A stretch of DNA of 64,000 nucleotides from Macrostomum lignano. Its lineage: Eukaryota. The notes below the pieces were generated by a model. That model was not told the DNA's origin. It searched no databases and saw only the letters and a list, made by a program, of their open reading frames with translations. This document shows positions 27,101 to 37,325 of the stretch, piece after piece; the first letter of the stretch is position 1; the number at the start of each line of letters is the position of its first letter. Made by a program: the position numbers and the translations under genes. The DNA lies in assembly GCA_002269645.1 (NCBI GenBank), contig NIVC01003337.1, forward strand, positions 1 to 64,000, in the 5' to 3' direction.

Positions 27101-30100
27101 GCGCCCGCTCCGAGCTGCAGCGCCTGCTCGCCCGTTTCAACCGGGTGTTCAGCAGGCAGGCGCTGCTGCTGGCTGAGCACCTGTCTGAGCAGCAGCTCTG
27201 CGGACTGCTGCTGGCCCGGCAAACTGCCTGGCAACTGAAAGCAGTGCAGGCAGAGCTGAAGTCCTGCCCGGGCGGCAAGCTCAGGCCGCACCTCATCGCT
27301 CAACTGTCGGACGAGTCTCGGACCAAGTTGAGCCCGCTGGCCTCCGCGTTTGTCGAGGTGAGAGGGGAGAAGTGAATGCTAAATATGCATAATGCTGTAG
27401 TCAGGGTTATAGGCTACTTATAGAGCTACCTTCTCAACTGGTGACCCTTTTTGCCAATTTGTCACCTATTTTTGTCAACTGTTATATTGCACGGACTTCG
27501 ACAAAGCAGAAGCATTTTCATTGTTATTACGAGCTATTAGAAACTGGCTTTTTTAAGTGTCTGAAGCAAGCGTTAAAAACCACGATTGCCTGCTCTGGCA
27601 TCGGTCAAGAAGATCCAAGAGAAGAGACTTAATGCGTCATTGCACACGCGTTCTAAAAACATCATTTCAGGCCCTGAAGCAGTGGATTCCAGAGGCCTCC
27701 GTCACTGAGAAGATCTTTCGGCCGACGCCTCCACCGCCACCTCCACCGCCGCCACCTCCGCCGCCACCTTCAGCAGAAGCCGCCGATGAGGATGTCGAGA
27801 ATCCTCCGGGACCGTCCGCCAAGTCTCGGAAGTCCCGCGGCAAGTCGCGCCGCCAGGCCGCCCAGTCGGCGGGATCGGCCGCGATGGAAGCTGACGCTGA
27901 TGCAGACGTGGCGCTGGAGCGGCAGGTGAGCGGACAGCTTGTTCTCACGAGGGGTGACTTTATATAGTAATGAACTTGTCTGCTTGGTAGGACAATAATG
28001 AGTACGGAAGCGATTGTTTGTTGTTGAAATACCATTTGAAATGTCAGTTGTCTGATTGCAGTTGCACAGCACCCTGGTGCAACGCCTTCAGGACTTTCCA
28101 GTTTTAAATGATGCGCTTTGTCCGAGGTGCAACTCAAAACTTCTAAATCTCAAGTGACTCTGGGGCGACTCGTGTGACTATTTTAATGACTCATAAAACG
28201 ACTGCAATGCGATGGAGAAGCGACTGTTGAGTCGCGAGTGGATCACGTCAGTTTCATAGTCGTTAGTCGTGAAAAAAGTCACTCAAAGTCGTTGTTTCAG
28301 CTCTTAGCTTTCTACTAACTCAGTGGTAATAATAATAATTGATTACACCTGCCCCAATTGGGCCAGATGTGCAACCGACAGCTCAGCCGCAGCTATTGCG
28401 CGGCGCATCTGAAGTCTGCGTACGGCTGTTCAGTCCAATGACTGGGGGGTCGCCACACACAGCCTCAATTACCCCATTTTACAACTGGGTAAACTGAAGC
28501 ACGAGTGGGATTTGGGAATCGAACTCTCGACCTTCAAGTCGTGAGTCCGATGCCCCATCCACTACATGCAGATGCGGTTCAGACGCAACTCAGTGATTCT
28601 ACAGCGACTTTGGCACGCCTCAGATACAACTCTACGGCTCCAGGGTCGTTTCAGAGTCACCGGCAAAAAACGCTTCAAATTGACTCTTAGAAAACTCTTT
28701 TTTACGACTTTTTGGCGAATTTTACCATGACATCTTGTTGTTTTAGAGTCTTATAGAGTCGCTTTTTTCCTACTTTACCTGTGTTGCTTGCAATAGCAAT
28801 GAAACGACTCTTAGGGGACGCTTCTTGACCTTGGTACCGTTTTCATTAGGTCATTCACCTCTATGCTAAAATCTGATAGATTGCATCGATGCATACGAGT
28901 GTAGATTTATATATCTATGTATTTCTCAGGAGCGACTGGCCGTCTTTGCCGATCACGTGGGCAACCTGGAGAAGGACACGGTGGTTCGCTTTGACTGGGA
29001 CTCGCAACAGCAGAAACAGAAGCAGCAACAGCAACAGCAGCAGCAACAGCAACAGCAGCAGCAATGGCTGGCTCCGTTCCTGGCCTCGCCAGATCAGCTG
29101 ACTTCGGGATCGGCTGCCACGGCCGCCAGGGCTGCCCAGCTGGCTGCTGTTGAGGACCTCTGGGCGCTGAAAGGCGAGGAGCGCGCGGTGCTGCTGCAGC
29201 TGGTGCTGCTGCAGGCTGCTGGTGACTGCGTGCCGCAACTGCAGGTGAGCAGGTTTGGGTTTGGGGTTGGCTGGATTCTTGGATACTTCAGATTGAGAAC
29301 TGGATGATGCTTAAAATACCAGCCTACTCCACTGCACTCCGATTCACAGAGATCCCATCCAGATGCTTAGAGATTCCACTCAGATCCTCAGATATCCCAC
29401 CCAGATTCTCAAAGATCCTCACAGATCCTCCGGGATTTTACTGAGATCCAGGTCAGAGATCCCACTCAGATCCTCAGAGATCCCACTCAGATCCTCAGAG
29501 ATCCCATTCAGATCCTCACAGATCCTTAGAGATCCCAATCAGATCCTCAGAGATCCCATCCAGATGCTTAGAGATTCCACTCAGATCCTCAGATATCCCA
29601 CCCAGATTCTCAAAGATCCTCACAGATCCTCCGGGATTTTACTGAGATCCAGGTCAGAGATCCCACTCAGATCCTCAGAGATCCCATTCAGATCCTCACA
29701 GATCCTTAGAGATCCCAATCAGATCCTCAGAGATCCCATCCAGATCCTCACAGATCCTTAGAGATTCCACCCAGATCCTCCGGGATCCCACTGAGATCCT
29801 CAGAGATCCCAACCCGCAATTTCGAACTGGCATTTGCATCCCCCAAATGCGTCACCTTTGACCCCCAGTCGGCCATCAACGACTTCTGCAGCCTGGCGGC
29901 AATGCGCCGGGAGCTTCGCCTGCGCCGCACGGCCGCCCTGCTGCGCACCAAGCGGATTGTCGGCATGACCGTCACAGGCGCCAGCATCCAGCGGGACATC
30001 CTGCGCCTGGTGCGGCCCAGCCTGCTGGTGGTTGAGGAGGCCGCCGAGGTTGGCGAGCCGCAGCTGCTGGCCTGCCTGAGTCCATCCGTGCAGCACCTTG

Positions 30101-33100
30101 TGCTCATCGGCGACCACAAGCAGCTCAGGCCGCCCACGGAGAGCCACCGACTGGCCAGGTGCTGGCCATGAGATCAGAGTCCTGATCCCGTTTCCTGATC
30201 CCAATCCCATCCTGATCCCAAATTTCCCATTCTGATCCCAATCCCCATCCTGATCCCCTTCCCCATCCTGATCCCCATCTTGATCCCCATCCTGATCCCA
30301 ATCCTGATCCCCATCCTGATCCCATTCTCCATCCTAATCCCAATCCTGATCCCCATCCTGATCCCATTCCCCATCCTAATCCCCATCCTGATCCCAATCC
30401 TGATCCCCATCCTGATCCCCATCCTGATCATAATCCTAATCCTGATCCCCATCCTGATCATAATCCCAATCCTGATCCCCATCTTGATTCCATTCCCCAT
30501 CCTGATCCTAAACCAGTTCTGATCCCCCGAACCCGCAGATACTTCGACCTGGACGTCTCAATGTTCGAGCGCCTCATCAACAACGGCATCTCCTATGACC
30601 AGCTGGCCCTGCAGAACCGCATGCGTCCGGAGCTGTCCCAGTTCCTGCGGGACATCTACCCCGGCCTGAAGGACAACCTGCCGGTGGTCACGAAGCACCA
30701 GGCGACCGCCTGCGTGGCGAAGTCGGCCTTCTTCTGGGATCACAGCGAGCCGGAGACTGGCGATCGCAGCTACATCAATAAAGAGGAGGCTGAGCGGTGC
30801 GTGGCGCTGGCTCTGTTCCTCATCAGCCAGGGTGTGGCGCCCAGCCGCATCACCATCCTGGCCGCCTACCGCAGCCAGACGGCCCTCATCAGCCAGCTGG
30901 TGCGACAGCGGGCCGAGCAGCACCAGCACCTGTTCCCTGAGTACTTTGCCAACTGGGCTAAGGGTAAGTCTGTATCGGCTGGTTCTGTTGGATTAGAGCG
31001 AGTGACCAATGCGAGTGAGATGGATGAGAGTGACATGAAGTGACAGAAATGGGAGTGACAGAGATTAGAATGCAAGAGATTAGAGTGACAGAGATAGAAG
31101 TAACAGAAATGAGAGGTACAGAGATAGAAGTGACAGAAATGAGTGTGACAGCAATTGAGGTGACAGAAACGAGTGTGACAGAGATAGGAATGACATACTG
31201 TAGATGAGAGTGACACAGATAACAGAGAGTGACAGAGATAAGAGTGACACAGTTGATAGTGATAAAGTCATGAGAGTGACAGGGATGAATATTAACAGAA
31301 GAGCAAAAACAGATAAAGTGGGACCAAGCAAAGCAGGACTCAGGCAAGGTGCATTGTGAATCTCTGTCACTCCAGCCGGCGGTTCAGCAGGCGCGGCAGC
31401 CGCAGGGGAAGCCGAGGAGGCTGACGATGAGGCGGTGGAGAGCCGCGGGCCGCCCATCCTGGCGCACACGGTGGACGTGTACCAGGGCGACGAGAACGAC
31501 TTTGTGATCGTGTCGCTGGTCCGGTCAAACGAAGAGTGCACTGTCGGCTTCCTCAAGGAGGTGAGCAGGCGGTGCGTGGCGCAGTCGCGGGCCCGCTGCG
31601 GCTTCTGGCTTATCGGCAACGCCGACTGCTTGACCAAGGAGGTCGGGCACTGGCGCACCCTGCTGAAATCGATGCGGGAGGCCGGCTGCGTGGGCAAGCA
31701 GCTGCCGCTGCGCTGCGTGCTGCACCCGGCCGAGACGCAGCTGGAGGCCTCGGACGCCGCCTCCGTGCCCGCAGTTGGTGCCAAATTCTGCACCCTGAAC
31801 TGCGACATGATGATGGAGTGCGGCCTGCACCGCTGCCCGCTGCCCTGCCAGCCGCGCCACTCGCACGACCGCTGCGCCGTCCGCTCCGAGGTGACCCTGC
31901 CGGACTGCGGCCACCGGGCTGCGAAGCTCTGCCACCAGAGCCTGGAGGAGCTGCGCTGCTGCACCATGGTGGACTTCGCCTTCGAGGCCTGCGGCCACCC
32001 TGGCAGGAAAGAGTGCTGGCAGCCTGAGGGACAGCTGCAGTGCCTGAGGGTGAGCGGCCGGTCATCTCACCTTTCTGCATCTCAACTGCCTGCATCTCAC
32101 CTGCCTGCATCTCACCTGCTTTGCATCTCACCTGCCTGCATCTCACCTGCATTGCATCTCACCTGCCTGCATCTCACCTGCTTTGCATCTCACCTGCCTG
32201 CATCTCACCTGCTTTGCATCTTACCTGCTTTGCATCTTACCTGCCTTTGCATCTCACCTGCTTTGCATCTTACCTGCTTTGCATCTCACCTGCCTGCATC
32301 TCACCTGCTTTGCATCTCACCTGCCTGCATCTCACCTGCTTTGCATCTTACCTGCCTTTGCATCTCACCTGCCTGCATCTCACCTGCTTTGCATCTTACC
32401 TGCCTTTGCATCTCACCTGCTTTGCATCTTACCTGCCTTTGCATCTCACCTGCTTTGCATCTTACCTGCCTTTGCATCTCACCTGCCTGCATCTCACCTG
32501 CTTTGCATCTCAACCTGCCTGCATCTCACCTGCTTTGCATCTTACCTGCTTTGCATCTTACCTGCCTTTGCATCTCACCTGCTTTGCATCTTACCTGCTT
32601 TGCATCTTACCTGCCTTTGCATCTCACCTGCTTTGCATCTCAACCTGCATCTCACCCTGCTTTGCATTGCATCTAACCTGCCTTTGCATTTCACCTGCCT
32701 GCATCTCACCTGCTTTGCATCTCAACTACCTGCATCTCACCCTGCTTTGCATCTCACCTGCCTTTGCATTTCACCTGCCTGGATCTCACCTGCCTGCATC
32801 TCACCTACCTTGCATCTCACCTGCCTGAATCTCACCTGTCTAAATCTCACCCGCCTTGCATTTCACCTGCCTTGATCTCACCCGCCTTGCATCTCACCCG
32901 CCTTGCATCTCACCCACCTGCATCTCACCTGCCTTGCATTTCACCTGTTTGCATCTCATCTACTTGCATCTCACCTGCCTGCATCTCACCTGCCTGCATC
33001 TCACCTGCCTGCATCTCACCTGCCTGCATCTCACCTGCCTGCATCTCACCTGCCTGCATCTCACCTGCCTGCATCTTAACTTCCTGTATCTCATATCTAA

Positions 33101-35428
33101 TTTTCACACATGAATATTACACCTGTATCTCACACACGATATGTATCGAAAGACCGCTGACTCAGTCAAGCATCGGCTGTTAACCCGCAGCCGTGCGATC
33201 GCGACCTGCCCGGCTGCGGCCACCGCTGCCAGCTCCTGTGCTGGGAGCGCTGCGCCCCCGAGTCCTGCGCCCAGTGCCGCGCCGATGAGGCGGCCCGCAA
33301 CGCTGAGCTGCAGGCCCGGCGCCAGGCGGCGCAGGACGAGGCGAGGCGTGAGGCGAAGGTGGAACTGGAGGCCATCAAGAAGCAGATGGACGGCTGCGTG
33401 AAGCGGCTGGAGCTGACCAGGGACGGCGAGTCAGCGTCAGAGTTCCTGGATGTTGAAGACCGGGTGTTAAAGTACATCAGGGCTGAGCACAGCTGGTACC
33501 CCACTGTGAATCGTGTGGAGAAAGTGCTCAACGCGTCGCTAAAGAGGAAATTTCTTAGCTACAAGAGCACCTTAATGTTTGAGCCGGACAGGTAATTAAC
33601 AAGTCAAATTGCATTTTGCTTTTTGAATTTGAATCACCCTACTATTAGTAGAAATGCAAACATTTCATAGGATTTTATAGATTTTCGAATTACTCTACTT
33701 TCAGTAGAAATGCAAACATTTCATAGGATTTTATAGATTTTCGAATTACTCTACTTTCGGTAGAAATGCAAACGCTTCATAGGATTTTATAAGATGTTCG
33801 AATCACTTTACTTTCAGTAGAAATGCAAACATTTCATAGGATTTTATAGATTTTCAAATTACTCTACTTTCAGTAGAAATGCAAACGCTTCATAGGATTT
33901 TATAAGATGTTCGAATCACTTTACTTTCAGTAGAAATGCAAACATTTCATAGGATTTTATAGATTTTCAAATTACTCTACTTTCAGTAGAAATGCAAACG
34001 CTTCATAGGATTTTATAAGATGTTCGAATCACTTTACTTTCAGTAGAAATGCAAACGCTTCATAGGATTTTATAAGATGTTCGAATCACTTTACTTTCAG
34101 TAGAAATGCAAACGCTTCATAGGATTTTCTAAGATGTTCGAATCACTTTACTTTCAGTAGAAATGCAAAAATTTCATAGGATTTTATAGATGTTCGAATC
34201 ACTCTCTCAGTGGCAGTAAAAACATTTTAGATAAAATATTCGGTATTAAAATCATACCGCTAAAAGCAGGAATACATGGTCGTTCTTAAAAATAATTTGC
34301 TTTCCTCAGATGCGAGCTGAAATTTCACGGCACCTCCGCTGAAGGAGTGGAGGGCATCATCACCAGCGGGTTTCGGCTTCCCGAGAAGGCCGGCATGTAT
34401 GGAGCTGGGATCTACTTCGCCTCGGACTCGTCCAAGAGTGCCAGAGAGATTTACACCAAGGGCTCCAACATGCTGCTACTGTGCGAAGTGCTGCTGGGTG
34501 AGTCTTCTGCTTTTGAATTTTACCTGTTATCGGACTAATTGGTCGAACTCCCTACTCCCTGAGAATCTCCCTATAATCCAGCATGAGAATCTCCCTACTT
34601 TAGCCTGAGAGTCTCAATTCAGCATGAGAATCTCCCCATTCTACTCTGAGAGTCTCAATTCAGCATGAGAATCTCCCCATTCTACTCTGAGAGTCTCAAT
34701 TCAGCATGAGAATCTCCCTCACCCCAGGCCGCAGCCTCACGGTGCTGGGTGCCACAAAGGACACGTACAACTTCAAGCGGATGCGGCAGGAAAAATATGA
34801 CTCCCTGTTCGCGCCGCGCAACTCCCGCGCAACAAACGGCGTCATGAACGACGAATTCGTGGTGTTCGAACCGGCGCAGGCCTATCCAAAGTACATCGTG
34901 CACTACAGCTGCGTTGACGGCTCCGCGGCGCTCAAAGGGCTGCCGACCGCCCTAGCGGAGGGCGTCACCCGCATCAACCGGCCCCAGCGCCACGAGGTCG
35001 ACCAGAACAACCCGCTGTTCGTGTACTGGTCCCTTGTGAACTCAAGGTTCCTGTCTGGCTTGACTACTCACGGGATCACCGTCACCCAGGTGCAGGTCAA
35101 CCAGAACTCCGACCTACTCGCCAAGTTCGAGGCCCGCCGACTGAAGGCTGGGGCGGCTGCGAAGGCTCCGTACGGGTTCACCTGGGCAGCAGATCAGCGT
35201 GAGGCCGACTCGGTGATGAAGAGCGGCTTCTCACCTGCCGCGGTGTCTGGGCTGAAGTTCACGCAGCTGCCGGACCTGCGCGCAGCTGTCGGCGGGCGGC
35301 TGGCGCTGCTCTGCAAGCTGCTGCCCAGCAGGCATGCCGGCAGCGGAGACCCCGGCGCACCCTGGAGCATCGACAGTCCCGACTGCGCCTATCCGAGGTA
35401 CGCCATCCACTTCAGCATGGCTGGATGA
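22208..35428 (+). CDS. ZNFX1-like: ZNFX1-like SF1 (UPF1-like) RNA helicase with an N-terminal cold-shock domain, NFX1-type zinc fingers, a C-terminal PARP catalytic domain and a degenerate second PARP fold. About 1822 aa, 13 exons.
   Basis: Exons 22208-22696, 23311-23816, 24229-24630, 25717-26278, 27082-27357, 27671-27925, 28930-29244, 29869-30158, 30539-30963, 31391-32049, 33191-33591, 34310-34497 and 34728-35428. All are GT-AG, phases agree, total 5469 nt. Motifs: [123 protein letters not shown] and YPKYIVHY. Confidence 0.92.
22740..23300. repeat. C-rich intronic minisatellite (cctccaccccttactg / ccgcctccacccctca), intron 1
   Basis: Tandem copies of a ~16-nt unit. Confidence 0.9.
23825..24145. 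repeat. (gtct)n microsatellite, intron 2
   Basis: Direct reading. Confidence 0.95.
24670..25635. repeat. 34-nt minisatellite (tctgattagggattaacacctgcatgatgggatc), intron 3
   Basis: About 28 tandem copies. Confidence 0.92.
26330..27060. repeat. cagtgacaca-based minisatellite with higher-order duplications, intron 4
   Basis: Direct reading. Confidence 0.88.
28326..28586 (-). mobile_element. Full-length tRNA-derived SINE with a 9-bp target-site duplication
   Basis: On the minus strand: tRNA-like head (gtagtggatggggcatcggactc...gagagttcgattccc), core, structured tail and an (att)n end. aactcagtg is duplicated at 28317-28325 and 28587-28595. Confidence 0.85.
29340..29810. repeat. cagatcctcagagatcc-type minisatellite, intron 7
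   Basis: Direct reading. Includes a ~180-nt higher-order duplication. Confidence 0.88.
30180..30520. repeat. 12-nt minisatellite (gatccccatcct), intron 8
   Basis: Direct reading. Confidence 0.9.
32065..33080. repeat. catctcacctgcctg / catctcacctgctttg minisatellite, intron 10
   Basis: Direct reading. Confidence 0.92.
33640..34200. repeat. ~57-nt AT-rich minisatellite, intron 11
   Basis: About 10 copies of tagaaatgcaaacatttcataggattttatagattttcgaattactctactttcag. Confidence 0.9.
34550..34720. repeat. Short tandem repeat (ctctgagagtctcaattcagcatgagaatctcccc), intron 12
   Basis: About 4 copies. Confidence 0.8.
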
Positions 35429-35869
35429 ATTAAAACACTTGCGGAATCTCCCAGTGATTAAAATACGCGTTCATCATGTTTGCCTCTTTGTCACTAAATA
35501 TACCGGTGGGGTATATGTGTCTGTATTTTATTATTAAACGAATGGACCAATTTATTTGCCGATTTCATCGTGCTTATAAACCGACATCTGAATCTGGCTT
35601 CTTTTCGAAACTTTGCTTGGAACAATGGTTATGACGTAAGATGGTTGCGGCACCGGAGTCACAGACAGTCATTTGGGGGTTTTGCGTGCACCAATATTGG
35701 CCGGGTGGGTTTGGTGGAGGACCAATTAACCACCGATTGGCACAGAAAGTGTACAACTCAGTGTTGCTACCCCAGCGAATTTTAATCGCTGTACGATTTT
35801 AAGTAGCTGAGTGATTTTTTTATCTTCAGCTATTTTCAGCGATTTTTTATTCTGGGCGTTAGAATCTTA

Positions 35870-36660
35870 AGATTCTGGGATAAGAATCGTGAGATTCTGG
35901 GGGTAAGAATCGTGAGATTCTCGGGGTAAGAATCGTGAGATTCTTAAGGTAAAATCGTGAGATTCTAGGGGTAAGAATCGTGAGATTCTGGGGGTAAGAA
36001 TAAGAATCGTGAGATTCTGGGGGTAAGAATCGTGAGATTCTGGGGGTAAGAATCGTGAGATTCTGGGGGTAAGAATCGTGAGATTCTGGGGTAAGAATCG
36101 TGAGATTCTGGGGTAAGAATCGTGAGATTCTGGGGGTAAGAATCGTGAGATTCTGGGGGTAAGAATCGTGAGATTCTGGGGGTAAGAATCGTGAGATTCT
36201 GGGGGTAAGAATCGTGAGATTCTGGGGGTAAGAATCGTGAGATTCTGGGGGTAAGAATCGTGAGATTCTGGGGGTAAGAATCGTGAGATTCTGGGGTAAG
36301 AATCGTGAGATTCTGGGGGTAAGAATCGTGAGATTCTGGGGGTAAGAATCGTGAGATTCTGGGGGTAAGAATCGTGAGATTCTGGGGGTAAGAATCGTGA
36401 GATTCTGGGGGTAAGAATCGTGAGATTCTGGGGGTAAGAATCGTGAGATTCTGGGGGTAAGAATCGTGAGATTCTGGGGGTAAGAATCGTGAGATTCTGG
36501 GGTAAGAATCGTGAGATTCTGGGGGTAAGAATCGTGAGATTCTGGGGGTAAGAATCGTGAGATTCTGGGGTAAGAATCGTGAGATTCTGGGGTAAGAATC
36601 GTGAGATTCTGGGGTAAGAATCGTGAGATTCTGGGGTAAGAATCGTGAGACTCTGGGGGT
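35870..36660. repeat. 22-23-nt tandem array (gtaagaatcgtgagattctgggg)
   Basis: About 34 near-identical copies with no spacers, lying between two convergent genes. Confidence 0.93.
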
Positions 36661-37325
36661 AAATTATATTTTTACAAGTATATTTTTAAAGTAATTTGAT
36701 GTGTCAGGAGAGCATTCATATTGATTCATTAGACGATCAAATGGCGGAATACTACGAAAGAAAATGTTTAAATAAAAAACCAAAGAAATCTATTATAATA
36801 TAGTGCAGAATACTGTTTCTACAAATTAAACTAAACCGAAGTTATTGTTAGAAATTTGCGGATTAGATCCAAGAAAAGATAAACGATGATGACTGAGACC
36901 AAACAACAGCTGGGATATTGTCGTTTGTTAATGTAACAAATTTCAAACTGTACAAAAGCTGTCAGTGTGGTAAAAAACGATGACGTAATCATTGTCAAAA
37001 ATTAGTCTTTAGGAAGGATAGCTGTCTGGTCAAAACTCTGGAAAGTTCATTTTGAACTTTTGAAAAATGATTCTGAACTCAGGATACTGAATGTCTTTTT
37101 ACAACGAAAACACCAGGTCTCAATAGCAAATCCTAAATTAAGGCAGGTCAAGAGTCAATACGGCAAACTTGTCAGAGTAGTGACAGCGTGCGATTGTTGA
37201 TACTAAAGAAGACATTATTCCGGCCATTTCATCTGCCAAGCATCAGACGCAAAAAAATAATTATAAGTATCCTCTTTATCATGGGTAAATTAAACTCCTT
37301 AATTAGCGGCGGCAGCTTATTTGGT

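Noticed and set aside
29748-32152. Long antisense ORFs opposite the helicase exons
   Set aside because: These are the expected shadow ORFs of GC3-rich coding sequence.
35870-36660. CRISPR-like array of palindromic repeats
   Set aside because: There are no unique spacers and no cas genes, and the context is eukaryotic. The same applies to the other arrays.
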